This document shows positions 25,785 through 38,250 of a stretch of 64,000 bases of DNA, in pieces. Source of the DNA: Eledone cirrhosa (lineage: Eukaryota); the NCBI GenBank assembly GCA_964016885.1, contig OZ024745.1, positions 101,990,001-102,054,000 of the forward strand. Direction: 5' to 3'. Position numbers and translations under genes: made by a program. The notes under the pieces are model-generated. The model ran no database searches. It was not told the DNA's origin and worked only from the letters and a program-made list of their open reading frames with translations. The number at the start of each line of letters is the position of its first letter. Position 1 is the stretch's first letter.

Positions 25785-28315
25785 TATTTCTTTATTTGCC
25801 ACAAGGGCGCACAAGAAAAGGGGACAATACAAAGACATGCCGGGGATTTAACATACAGTTGTGTAAAAAAATATAAAAACAAACAATTACAACAATTGAA
25901 ATCCCCAATAGGGGGGAGGCGGCAGAAATGGGTTGTTTAATACGCCGTTGATAGAACAACCCTCAACTCCAGGAGCGTGTTGTGCAAGTGCTCCTTTCTT
26001 CCTTTTGCCCTCCTCTTCAACCTACAGGCTTATAAACAGAGAAGGCCCAATCACTCGGGCCATTTTCGCTTCATTCACCCACCTTTCAGTAAATTTACTG
26101 GGGTGCAGTGTCTCTCTCTCCGCTCTGATTCTCCTTCTAAAGTGATACTTAAAGAAGAGAATCAATTGTTGTCCGGAGAGAAAGGCATCTGTCCTCAGTC
26201 CTCTCAATCTCGTCCACCATATAACCTCTTTCACCATAGCCACCGTACAGAGGAAAACCGCCTCTCTTTCGTTTTTGAAAGAGGCTGGCGGTTTGATCTG
26301 GCTTACTATGAACTCGGCAGTCAACTGGATTTCTCCCATACGCGACAGCAGTTGTTCTGCATAGTTCCACAGGTCGGTTACACCCGGGCAGTGTACAATT
26401 GCGTGCACGACTGTTTCAATGTCCTGAGCGCATCTTGGACACGTCCTCTTGGAAAGATCCCTGCCAGGGCGTCCGTGCCTGTAGATCTTGTCATGAACCG
26501 GTAGAGCTCCTCGGTAGCACTACCAGGCCATGGACCTCTGGAAGTTGTCCATAGGTCCCTGGCGGAAAGTCCTACCAAACAGACTTGTGAGCTCATCATC
26601 TTCGACGCTCAGAGTCTCTCCGAGCACGTCGTCACCCTTATAACGTACAATCCCTCTATAGAATGTCAAAGTGGAGTCTCCACTGATTGCTGCGCCCGCT
26701 TGCCAGAGGACTGTGAGCACCTGAGTGCATTCAATGTGCCAGGCGCCCATCGGTTTCGGTCTTTTCTTGACCCAGGACTGCAGCTCCGTCAGCGAGACAA
26801 GCTGTGGGAAAGCCTGTCTCACAAACGGTTCCCACACCGGTTGGGGGTCAGTGAGGAATACTTGGAGATGCCGCAGCCTCAGCGCATGTTTGCGCATCAT
26901 CAGCCACGGCATTCCAAGCCCTCCGTTGGAAGGGTGCTGACAGCAGACGGATCTCCTCACCAGCGGAGCCTGCTTCTTCCACAGAAACTGGAAGAGCATG
27001 CGTTCCATCTTGGCGAGGTGTTCACGGGGACAAGGCACGTCAGTCAAGCGGTAGTAGATGACGGACGCTATGAAATTGTTCGCCACCTCCGCTCGATCTT
27101 TCAAGGACAGTTTGCACTCTGCCCACTTCTGGGTGAGTGCAAACACCTTGGCTGTGACCTCGTTCCTGTTTTTCTGCACCCGGAGGTCTGAACCAAATCA
27201 GACGGCGAGCAATTTCACCAGTCCGTCCGTGCAGCGTCCAACAACGCTGTTGGACGTCATCGGTTTGCCTCTCCACGTTCCGAGTTGCAAACCAACAGAC
27301 TTGTCTGGGTTTAGTTTTGCTCCCATCAGCGTTTCGTATTCTTTCAGTAAGTTGCCGATCACCACGATTTCCGAGGTGCTCGACACCATTACCGTCACGT
27401 CGGTGGCATAAGCCGACGCCGCTTTGCGCAGTCCCGGTTCTAGAGGGATGCCCTGCAACAGTTCCAATCTCCGCAGTAGTGGCTCTAGAGTCAATACATA
27501 CAGAATGGAGGAGAGAGGGCACCCCTGTCGAATGGAACACATGATTGCGAATGGCTCCAATAGGTTGCCGTTCACCTTGACCCTTGAGCAGATGCTGGTG
27601 AGCATTGCCTCGATCCATCCTCTGAACACGGGGCCGAAACTGGCCACCTTGAGAACCGCCTCCAAGTATCGATGGTCGACCCTATCGAACGCCTTAGACC
27701 GGTCCAAATTGATCAGAGCCCCACCGAAGCCGGGTTTACACCCCACCCTCTCTATGATGTATCGCATGAGGTGGAGGTTGTCGTGTATGGACCTGGTCAG
27801 GATTGCACACGTTTGCGCTTTCCCTACCGGGTTCTCGATGACAAGCGCCAACCTCATCGCTAGCACCTTGGCCAACATCTTTAACTCTGTGTTGAGCAGA
27901 GTTATGGGCCTGAAGTTGTTAATTTCTTCCCCCTTGTTCTCGTCTTTCCTGATCAGCGTTACTACGCCCTTGCCTGCAGAACTGGGAATTCTCCCGTTCT
28001 GCTGCCAATTGCAGTAGACGGCTTCGAGGACGCCAGAGAACAAGTCCGGCATGCCTATGTAAAACTCATAGGGTAGACCATCTAGACCGGGTGACTTGCG
28101 TTTCCCGCAGTGGCCCAGAGCGTCCCGTATTTCAGTGTCCGTCATCGGTCTTTCGCAGAACTCGGCGTCCGTGTTCGAGAGACGCGGCAGGCCGTCGAGG
28201 TATGAACTAAAGTCCATTGCCCCATTCGGCTCACCGTCGTTCTGCTCAAACAGTTGCGCAAAGTGCTGCTGAAAGGCCGCGCACATTTGCTTGGAGTCAA
28301 GTAGCACGCGTCCGT
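25785..28315 (-). mobile_element. 5'-truncated L1/Tx1-clade LINE (RT plus C-terminal domain), decayed
   Basis: ORF 27198-28307 has KSPGLDGLPYEFY, NFRPITLLN, KAFDRVDH, RQGCPLS and YATD (degenerate YADD); downstream GGLGMP and HAIVHC; AATAAA near the 3' end. Confidence 0.9.
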
Positions 28316-28336
28316 AGATAGATAGATATTCAATGA

Positions 28337-28588
28337 TATTAAATAAATGGAAACTATATTTATAAAACCATATTTATTCTATTATATATATTTGAAGGGT
28401 ACCAAAAACTTTGGTACGCTTTCATCAGATAAAATACAAAGTGTGCTTTATAAATGTTGACATAGCCAAGGAAACATACCTTATCAGTTGAATTTTCCTT
28501 GGAAAGCGTACCAAAGTTTTTGGTACCCTTGAAATATATATAATAGAATAAATATGGTTTTATAAATATAGTTTCCATTTATTTAATA
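28337..28588. mobile_element. Inverted HHR-bearing pseudo-LTR pair
   Basis: Arms ~28337-28424 and ~28502-28588. Minus strand reads TATTTTAT-CTGATGA-AAGCGTACCAAAGTTTTTGGTACCCTT-cAAA-TATATA-TA-ATAGAATA. The plus arm keeps GAAA but lacks CTGAT. Confidence 0.65.
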
Positions 28589-29953
28589 CTAGCATTAAAG
28601 CCCGGCGTTGCTCGGGGTCATTAAGTTACCAAAGTTAGGTTGCACCACCCATTTTATGGCAGCACTTTTTTGTCTGCCAGGCACTGGGTGAATGAATTGC
28701 AGACCTGGAAGCAGGAGCTGCGCCAGCAGTGACAATTGTAGTTTCGCCTATGGATATTATCTCTGTGCAAAAAAGTGTTGAAATTTATTGTTTCACAGTA
28801 CTTGCGCAACACGCACGTAGACGATGCCAGCCGAACAACAGAGCTGCGATGGAGTTGTTCTGCATGGTTGTCTGTGTGTTTTCTAAATTTAAGACAGTAG
28901 GGGGGGGGGTTGTGATATGAGGGAGAGTTAGCTGTTGTTTCTAGCAGGTTTAGTGACCTCATAGAGGATATGTGTTTTCTAAATTTAAGACAGTAGGGAG
29001 TGGTGTGATATGGGGGAGAGTTAGCTGCTGTTTCTAGCAGGTTTAGTGACCTCATAGAAGATGTTTTCTAAATTTAAGACAGTAGGGAGGGGTGTGGTAT
29101 GGAGGAGAGTTAGCTGCTGTTTCTAGCAGGTTTAGTGACCTCATAGAGGATATTATTGTTTATCATTATCTATAAAAAGCAGATTGTTGTTGTTGTTGTG
29201 TGTGTGCACATGTTCCATGTTTATACATTTGCACAATTTCAAACCGATTCGACTTAAGGTCTGTAAGAATCCACGTTCATTGAGAGGTTTTAAAAAAGAT
29301 TTATCGCTTGTTGTTGAATAAATGTATCTGTTGCTTTTGAATAATTGTCGTTTTGTATGAAATGTAATAATTGAGCAAGTAAAAGTTAGTGTGGTTATAA
29401 ATCACACACGTTGTTTAATTGCTTTAAATGTTTTTTTATCATTTGAAGTGAGTGTGTGTTTGTATGCGTTTGTAAATAAAGTTTGAAGTATAAAAGAGAA
29501 AGTAGAAAAATGTGTGGGTTGTAGATAGAGGATAGCAGATGATATGAGAGAGTAAAACGGACAGTATCACCATCAAGCGTGGAAAGAGAAAGTAGCAGAA
29601 AGTATGAAGTTGTATAGATTTTGAATGGTAGTGGATAGAGTTTAGCACTTTAAATGAGAGAGAAAAATCGTAAAATATTGAGTTGTATCTATTTTTTGCG
29701 TAATTGTGGGTGAAATTGAAAAAATTAGATGTGCCAAGACGCAATCGAAGCTATTTCGAATACTGAATTGTAAATTTCAATTGAAGAAATTCTATATCGT
29801 AGATTTCTATAACAAAGGAGCATGTCCATACACTGAGCTTTATAGATTATGATCATTGAATATTTACTCCAGAAATCTGTCAAGTGCTCTGAATCAGTTA
29901 TAAACATTTAGATTTGTTGAATTTCCAACAAATTAAATATCCCTTCTGCTTAT

Positions 29954-29958
<5 letters not shown>
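28589..29958 (-). mobile_element. Non-autonomous Helitron-like element
   Basis: Minus strand A|TCTATATAAG ... CCCGAGCAACGCCGGG hairpin ... CTAG|T; internal ~75-bp tandem repeats at 28880-29152. Confidence 0.75.
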
Positions 29959-29982
<24 letters not shown>

Positions 29983-29984
<2 letters not shown>

Positions 29985-30019
29985 TATTTCTTTATTAGCC
30001 ACAGGGGCACAAAAGAAGG

Positions 30020-30020
<1 letters not shown>
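29983..30020 (-). mobile_element. Tx1-like LINE 3' tip inside (GATA)n
   Basis: ATATTTCTTTATTAGCCACAGGGGCACAAAAG flanked on both sides by (GATA)n. Confidence 0.7.
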
Positions 30021-30064
<44 letters not shown>

Positions 30065-31079
30065 TCATGCCAATAAACATATATAAACTTAGAAACTTGT
30101 AAGTATTCAGTTGAATGAAAGAAAGCAAATAGCTAAAGTGACTTTGAACATACTATAACTGCTAGACATAGACATACAAATTACAATTTCTTAAACTTTT
30201 TACTAGGATTTCTCATGTGTAGTGGCTCTTTAAGAAATAGCGACCAAATGAAAAAAATTATTCAGTATTTGACAGATGATTGATATTACAAGGCATGAAA
30301 AGAAACATAGATAAAGAATTATAACTGTTGTCAAACTCAAAGCAGTGAAGGGGATAACATTTGTAATGCTTTTGATAACAACTCACCTAAAGCTACCTCT
30401 GTGATTCTCTGAAATAAAACCATCCATATTAAAAGGTTTTATTTAAATTAAAACTTTCCAACATAATATTATATGAAAACATTTTGTTAATGTTACAAAT
30501 ACCATCTTAATAATGAAACATTTAATAATTTTAGTATCGTCCCCACTCTAATATTTCATTAATTTATACAGTGTATTTCATTAGCAATATAACAATGAAA
30601 GATTATAGACTATGGATTTTGTTGGAGATGAACTATTTAATCATCAGCACGCTCTAGACCCTTTATGTTGCCAATAGAGTAATCCCCTCTTAATACATAA
30701 TGTAGTGTCAAGGGAAACAATTCATAAAAAATTTCAGTGTGCTAAAGATTAAGATAATCATAATTGGTTTAATTTTCTCTATGTAGAAATTAGAGATTAC
30801 TCTAATGTAGTCTGATTACTTGTTAATGTTTATATGTGTATATCAACATAAGATAAGATCAACAAAACTGACACATGAAAAACAAAATAACTTGGAATAT
30901 GTAGTTCTTTCTGCAGTGATAAATGATAAATTCATTTTTGTTGTGCATATCTGTGAGTGATTTCTTACAACTGCCTAAAAGTATCCTTAAAAGAGTGTGA
31001 AAACAACTGTATTTTGTATCTGTAAATATCTTTAGTATCTCTACACATGTAAATCTAATATTTTCTTTTTTCTTTACAG

Positions 31080-31138
31080 GGGCTTATCTTCAGAACCCTC
31101 CAGCTTCTGTTATGAAACAATCTCCATGCCCTGTGGGT
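31080..31138 (+). CDS. KATNIP: Internal exon of a KATNIP/KIAA0556-like gene (GLSSEPSSFCYETISMPCG)
   Basis: Polypyrimidine tract plus TTTACAG acceptor; U12 donor GTATCCTTT at 31139; splices in frame to the next exon giving MPCGFIYQLQL, as recalled for KATNIP (MPCGFIFQFQLL). Confidence 0.8.
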
Positions 31139-31285
31139 GTATCCTTTGAAATAAATGCTGTGTGTATCACATAGTCATTCAGCTATCTGTTTTAAATACC
31201 TTTAAAAATTACGTTTATGTTTTGTTTTACATACAAGTCTGCATGGATAGAGTGAGTACACAAAATAAGAGAAATTGAAATCTCT

Positions 31286-31475
31286 GCGGTGGATTGGCAG
31301 TATCGGTAGAGGGTCGGACGCCATGCTTTCCAGCATAGTTACGTCCCTTTACGATCTGAGTTCAAATCCCGCCGAGGTTGACTTTGCCTTTCATCCTTAC
31401 GGGGTCGATAAAATAAAGTACCAGTAATGCACTGGGTAATTGCTGGCCTTGTGCCTAAAGTAGAAACAATTATTT
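31286..31475 (+). mobile_element. tRNA-derived SINE (family B)
   Basis: TGGCAGTATCGG A box, GAGTTCAAATCC B box, GTTGACTTTGCCTTTCATCCTTACGGGGTCGATAAAAT central domain, AGAAACAATTATT tail. Confidence 0.85.
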
Positions 31476-32414
31476 CCAATAAGATTTCTATTATTGACAC
31501 ATGAACAGGAAACGTCGGTCAAGGAACCACCAACTAACCTTTTCAGTAACATATTTCAACTAATTTAAAAAATAGTCAAGAATTTGGTAGGATTTAATAA
31601 GACTTTTACTTAATGGCAACACAATATATATAATTCACAGTTATATAGATAGCATTACATATTGTTCACAATTCTTTCAGAATGAAAATATAAACACATA
31701 ACAAATACAATTAACTATTACTAGGAACCTCACAAATATAACACACCAAAATATATAACCAGAGTGAGAGAAAGAAAAGATAGTAACTTCCAGAAATCCT
31801 TCTTCCACCAGTTGCAGATTCCCTGCAGAAATCTTAGTTGCCGTCCTTTCTCCTCTAAGTAAGAAAATAAATAAATGCTGGATTTGCCACAGTTAATTTT
31901 TATTAAAAGATTGATATTAGGAAAAAGATTTAAATGAAAAATATTTGTTGCAATATTCATATATGAAGAACCACCTAATTCATGCTAGTATCTGTGGTGC
32001 TGTTGTGCTGATTCACATATTGGATAAATCAGAAGCATCATTTCTTTTTTCTTACACATAAAATGGAAATTTATTAATTAATTTTCTTTGATTACAATTT
32101 GTATATCTGTCAAGTAAGCAGAAGACATCTGTTTGATAAAATTAAGCATTTGGAAGGTATCTTTTCTGATATGGATCTTTTTAGATATCTCATATATTCA
32201 TAAGTCTAGTAAACATCATCATCATTATCATCATTTTACTTGAAATAGTTTTACTCATGATATCTGAATACTTTTTAAAGTATTTAATTTCAATTCAAAT
32301 TTGAATGATTGATTACATTAAAAGACACGAGTGAGATTAATACTTACTTACTTATCAATATACTTCAACTTCTGGCTCATGAACACACTGTCACTCCGCA
32401 CTCTGTCTTTTTCA

Positions 32415-32795
32415 CCACCACCACTACTACTACTTCTCCTACTACTACTTCTCCTCCTCCTCCTACTACTACTACTACTATTACTACTACTACTACATAA
32501 GGTGCATGGTTTAGGGAAGGCATGTGGTCTACAGGGTGAAATATTGGGTTCATGAATATAAGATCATAGGTTTGATTTCCAGACTAGGTTGCACACTGTG
32601 TCCTTCAGCAAGGCACTTCATTTCACATTGTTCCAGTTCACACACCTGGAATTGTGAGCCAGCAGTAATCAAGGATTAACACTGCAAAGACCAGGAATCC
32701 CATCCAGTAATCTTTGTCGATGCCACATGAAACCAGGATAAGCTCCAGTTTTCGTCCAACATGTGCAAATATGGAAAAACAGACATTAAAATGAT
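32415..32795 (+). mobile_element. (CTA/CCT)n tract followed by a decayed CORE-like SINE
   Basis: GTGTCCTTCAGCAAGGCACTTCATTTCACATTGTTCCAG resembles family A. Confidence 0.55.
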
Positions 32796-32877
32796 ACAGT
32801 GGCCTCTGTTCTTTTGAACTGGCTGAGCATGGGCCACCTCAGTTTGGACACTCTCGACTTGTCTTTTCTATTATCAT

Positions 32878-33530
32878 AAAGTACCAGTAATGCATTGGGT
32901 AAATGCTGGCCTTGTGCCAAAAGTAGAAACAATTATTTCTTGCATAGAGTTACGGCCCTTTATGATCTGAGTTCAAATCCTGCCGAGGTTAACTTTGCCT
33001 TTCATCCTTATGGGATCGATAAAATAAAGTACCAGTAATGCATTGGGTAATTGCTGGCCTTGTGCCAAAAGTAGAAACAATTATTTCTTGCATAGAGTTA
33101 CGGCCCTTTATGATCTGAGTTCAAATCCTGCCGAGGTTAACTTTGCCTTTCATCCTTATGGGATCGATAAAATAAAGTACCAGTAATGCATTGGGTAATT
33201 GCTGGCCTTGTGCCAAAAGTAGAAACAATTATTTCTTGCATAGAGTTACGGCCCTTTATGATCTGAGTTCAAATCCTGCCGAGGTTAACTTTGCCTTTCA
33301 TCCTTATGGGATCGATAAAATAAAGTACCAGTAATGCATTGGGTAATTGCTGGCCTTGTGCCAAAAGTAGAAACAATTATTTCTTGCATAGAGTTACGGC
33401 CCTTTATGATCTGAGTTCAAATCCTGACGAGGTTAACTTTGCCTTTCATCCTTATTGGATCGATAAAATAAAGTACCAGTAATGCATTGGGGTAATTGCT
33501 GCCCTTGTGCTCAAAGTAGAAACAATTATT
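32878..33530 (+). repeat. 148-bp tandem array derived from SINE-B (~4.4 copies)
   Basis: TGCATAGAGTTACGG recurs at 32941, 33089, 33237 and 33385. Confidence 0.92.
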
Positions 33531-33802
33531 TCTTTTGTCTACCCACAAACTCATACTAACCATCTAATCATTCATGGACAGAATGCCAACCTTCTAGAAT
33601 TCTCTCCTTGCTCACATTTTCATGCAACCATCAAGTTGCAAATATTTGAGAGGAATATTCACCATCACCCCCACCAACATGAACACCACCACCACCAACA
33701 TCAACAACAGCCACAGTAACAGTAACACACCATCACCAATCTCAGGGAGCTTATGTAGACCTTTTTCTTCTACCATCACCTCCCTGCAAAAATATATATA
33801 TA

Positions 33803-34288
33803 CAGCGTCCCTGCGTACGAAAGGCCGGTTGTATGATGCCTGTGTGAGGAGCGCGATGCTGCATGGTAGTGAGACATGGGCAGCAACTGCAGAGGATATG
33901 CGACGGCTGGAGAGAAATGAGGCAAGCATGCTCCGTTGGATGTGCGTGAACGACCCAGCATAAATGTGTTGAGAGAGAAACTGTGTCTGAGAGGGATAGA
34001 ATGTAGTGTACGGGAGAGGAGACTGAGGTGGTATGGACATGTGATGCGCATGGAGGATGACTGATGGGTGAAGAAGTGCCAGGAATTGCCAGTTGAAGGA
34101 AGACGTGGTAGAGGTAGACCACGAAAAACATGGGCGGAGGTGGTGAGAACAGACCTCAGATCATTGAAGCTCACGGTGGAGATGACGAAGGACCATGACG
34201 AGTGGAGAGATGCTGTGTTGAATAAGACCCGTCCCACCCTTGCAAGCAGGGAAAAGCGGACGTAAAATGATGATGATGATGATGATGA
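33803..34288 (+). mobile_element. RTE-clade LINE 3' fragment
   Basis: SLRTKGRLYDACVRSAMLHGSETW, RLRWYGHV, GRRGRGRPRKTW; (TGA)n tail. Confidence 0.9.
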
Positions 34289-34826
34289 GTGGAACCTCAG
34301 TTCAAAAACTTAATTCATTCCTGAAGGCTGTTTGTCACCTGAAATGTTTGTAAACTGAAACTATTTTTTCCTATATGAAATGTTGAGAGAGAAATACAAT
34401 GAGAGAGACAATGTGTGAAAGACAGATAGATATCATCATAGTAACTAACTCCATAGCAAGTGAGGTTTTCCAGACAATACTCCCAGCTTTCCCCCAACAA
34501 TTGTTACTGGCTTGTGTGTGCATTACTTATTCATGACACCATCCATCACCACCCGATACATTTTATGTTCAGAAAAATTGTTAGTGAACCAATTTGTTGA
34601 GGCATTCATGAGGTTCCACTGTATATCCAAAGCTAGGTGGTAGCAAGTGATGCTATTAAGACATGGCTTTGGCCATTACTGGCCTATCAAAGCTTAATAT
34701 GCTATAATATAGTATTAATGAAAATAACTTCAGTAAGTAAAAACTATAGCCATTTTGAATATATTTTGTATGATTTCAGAAACATTTTTCAATATTTCTT
34801 GTATAATTCCTTAACTCAATATGCAG

Positions 34827-34937
34827 TTATTTATCAACTTCAGTTGTTCAGTACATGGGGAGATCCTTACTATATTGGATTAAATGGAATTGAGTTATAT
34901 GATTCTGAATTTTACAAGATACCACTTGATGAAAACA
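34827..34937 (+). CDS. KATNIP: Internal exon of a KATNIP/KIAA0556-like gene (DUF4457 repeat)
   Basis: Encodes (F)IYQLQLFSTWGDPYYIGLNGIELYDSEFYKIPLDEN; WGDPYYIGL-x-G-x-ELYD is the KATNIP motif; donor GTATGT at 34938. Confidence 0.85.
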
Positions 34938-35838
34938 GTATGTATTTTTTTATTGTTTTTTTTTTTTATTTTTATTTTATAATTTGTTTTATTTTATAAT
35001 TGTTGTCAAGAATAGATGAGTAGATTTAAGATCACACATTTTCTGAAAGAGAATCCATTTAAAAATACATATTTGAGACTAAATTACAGATAATATTGGG
35101 TGATATAAGAATCTTTTATTAATATAAAACAATTTTTCATGTGAAGAAGATTTACTGCTGTCTAAATCTAATGTTATCTCTAGAAAATTAACTTTTGTAT
35201 GGTTACTTCCGATGGTCATTTTTAAATGTAATTTGCTGAAAAATCTATCTACCGATTTATATTTTGCAATAGAAATAATCCATCATCATACAAGATCATT
35301 CTGTTCTATATCAGAAACAATTTAAAATATAAAACAACTTAGTGCAGCTCCATTCCATCAAATGCATCTATAACTACATCAAACAGTCATTCTATTTGTT
35401 TTTACTCAAGTGGCATTTGTGAAAAATAAGATTTTTTAGCATGTAAAACAATATTACTGTCTGAAACACTATCTTAATAATTATAGCAGTATATCCATAC
35501 CATGGTTTACATCATTTCTTGAGCGCTTTGGCAGTAGGGTTGTATGTTGAATCTAAGTTAATACCAGCAGTTTTCAGCTGACTTAAAAAGTATGTTTCAA
35601 TTTCCACACCACATCTTTTGGGAACTACCAGATTACAAATATTTGCGGATTAACATTTACCCAGACATCAAGTTAAAATCATAGATTATATTTAATGGAA
35701 CACTTAGAGAAATATGCAGGAGTTTACATTATTTTCATGTGTGAGTGGCTGAGTATCACACAACCCCCCCCCCCTCCACTCTTACTAAGCGTGAACTTAA
35801 TACCTTTTTTAACTTGTACTCCTGCGTTGTTGTTTTTT

Positions 35839-35873
<35 letters not shown>

Positions 35874-36038
35874 TTATCACCATCATCATTTCATTTTACG
35901 TCCACTTTTTCCCTGCTTGCAAGGGTGGGACGGGAACTGACTTGTTTTCTCTCTGCTTGCATAAATTCCACAGAACATTCCACAAAGTATACAGCTAATA
36001 TCCAATACTTTATCAATTTAGAATCCTTTTCTCAAAGG

Positions 36039-36075
<37 letters not shown>

Positions 36076-36077
<2 letters not shown>

Positions 36078-37105
36078 TTCTTTAAAAATATACCCATCTT
36101 TCTACCTTATTTCAAAGTTATTTATTATACATTATATAATACTTGTTACTCATTCTATATCACTCCTATTTATCACTTCCCTTTCTTCCTTTTCCTTTTC
36201 TTTTCTTTTTCTTTTAATTTCTAACCCCTAATCTGTACCTTTTCTCACTGTGCCTAACATAGAAACAATTATTACACAATACAATATATTCTTACCTTAT
36301 ATCACCTTGAAAAAATCCTTCGTAAACATAAACACATTTTTTCGACGTTAGATTATTCATCCTCAATTCATTATTTTTTTCTCCCTTTCATCTATCTTAT
36401 TCATGCTCATCTCAATATATCCTTACTTACATTACTTTTGTTTTTTTAATAATACTTATCAACATTTTCTTTCCATCGCACATATTATTAAACCCTTAAA
36501 TATTATTCTTAATACATATTAACATTTTCTTTTTCATCGCACATATTATCAAACCCCTCAATATACAAACCTTAACTTTACATTATTTTTCTCTTCGTTA
36601 ATTTTCAAATTATTTTAATTTATACATTATCTTCCAACGGTTTTTCAACCTCTCTATGTAAAACAATATATTTTTCTCAGTTATAAAAGCTATCTCTCTC
36701 TCTCTATCACCCATCTCTCCTCCTCTCATCCTTCCTCATTATACTCCTCCCCCTCCACTTTTTACTCTCATCTCCTCCTCTCTTTCATCCCCCCCCCCCC
36801 CCAAAAAAAAAATTTTTTTTCACAATATCACACATCAATCTAAAACTACTTTTCATATGTTGATTCAAAACTGCACTATTCACAAGTGCTTTTTAACCTT
36901 CATATGTCTTCCTATTTTATCTGATGAAAACACAAATATTATTGCATGATGATATTTGTTTTTGCAATGCGCATAATAAAATACATGGAACTCTTTTAAC
37001 CATCTTTTGATCTTATATATTATGTATACTCCAGTCCTACAAACTGTAGAGTGCTTCTTATCCGATATCTGCATTGCTTTATTGTACTACAATAAAACTC
37101 ACCTC

Positions 37106-37110
<5 letters not shown>
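36076..37110 (+). mobile_element. Probable PLE 3' region ending in an HHR pseudo-LTR
   Basis: Bounded by (TA)n; 36860-37110 matches the 24840-25260 unit; CTGATGA at 36921, GAAA mutated to GCAA. Confidence 0.55.
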
Positions 37111-37136
<26 letters not shown>

Positions 37137-38250
37137 AGGTATAGGATTATCCTAGATGCAGTAATGGTTAATTACTACACTGGATATGGTTGATGTACGG
37201 TGAGAGGTTACTCAACGAGTTATGGAAGAATTGTTGAAGAAACGTAGTTCCTGATCCTTCTGTATTCCGGAGTGTAGATAAAGAATGAATAATAACAGGT
37301 AGACATCATAAAAAGGTAATTTATTCCGTGTGCTTACAAATGTTTCCACGGTGGTTATACAGCCTAGTTATGCTATGTGCAAATTTACAACTATTTGCAG
37401 AACTCAAATATCCAATGCTGTGACCACTGTATCCTCAGAGCAGAATGGTTAAAATGTACAATGTAAATACTCTTAAGTGAGGTTATTGGAGAAGATAGAG
37501 TGGAAAAGGAAGAGAGAAAAGTAGGGGAGAGGAAGAGAGAGAGAAAGATATGCAGGGGGTTGGAGAAATAGGAGAGAGTGGTTTGTAGATATCTTAATCA
37601 AAATGTTATGGTAGGGGTTTTATTATACTGGTTACTCTTAGAGCGACCACCTTAAGCGATGCGTTGATAGTCAAGGTTGGAATTGTTTATTGCCCCAGAG
37701 GGCAGGTTCATAGATGTGGAGAGGGAGGGAGGTGGGCCAAAGGCGAGAGAGAGTGGGATGGATATAGAGGGAGAGATAGGGAGGGGACAGACGAAAGCTA
37801 TGGGGTGGGTGAACTTTGGGTTCGTAGTAGTAATCTGCGAATTGTACTGAGTTACCATTTATAGTGATAAGCAGGGTATTGTCTTGTAGTGTGGGGGAAG
37901 AGAAGGTGGTTAGCTAGAAAGCGATGTTATAGTTACGGGTTCGAATGTTAAGTTATTTTATAGTGAGAGAATTTAGCTTTTAGTTTGTGGTTGCAGTATA
38001 ATGATCGTTCGATTCTATCGTTAAGTAGTTTGTTTTTGGATTTTAAGATGTAAAAGAGTTCAAGGTTACATATAACCTGCAGTACTTCAATTCACTCCGT
38101 GGTCACAGCATTTGATATTTGAGTTCTGCAAATAGTTGTAAATTTGCACATAGCATAACTAGGCTGTAGTACCACCGTCGAAACAGTTGTAAACACACGG
38201 AATAAATTACCTTTTTATGATGTCTACCTGTTATTATTCATTCTTTATAT
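37137..38250 (-). mobile_element. 5'-truncated Penelope-like element with an inverted upstream pseudo-LTR
   Basis: Minus strand 38090-37948 translates KYCRL/CNLELFYILKSKNKLLNDRIERSLYCNHKLKAKF, matching the CxLCxxE..LLNxRxE..CxH pattern of PLE endonuclease C-termini; inverted repeats ~37277-37427 and 38099-38250; (TA)n flanks. Confidence 0.8.
37331..37442 (-). ncRNA. Type I HHR motif with long stem II insertion
   Basis: TGCT-CTGAGGA-TACAGTGGT..~67 nt..ACCACCGTG-GAAA-C-ATTT-GTA^AGCA, followed by AATAAA. Confidence 0.7.

Larger units (their letters stand above)
31139..34826 (+). other. U12-type GT-AG intron (3688 bp)
   Basis: 5' site GTATCCTTT; branch site TTCCTTAAC at 34807-34815, 9 nt before AG (34825-34826); no polypyrimidine tract. 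Confidence 0.88.

Noticed and set aside
34637-34999. 120-aa single-exon ORF
   Set aside because: Only 34827-34937 is exon-like; the flanks are intronic read-through
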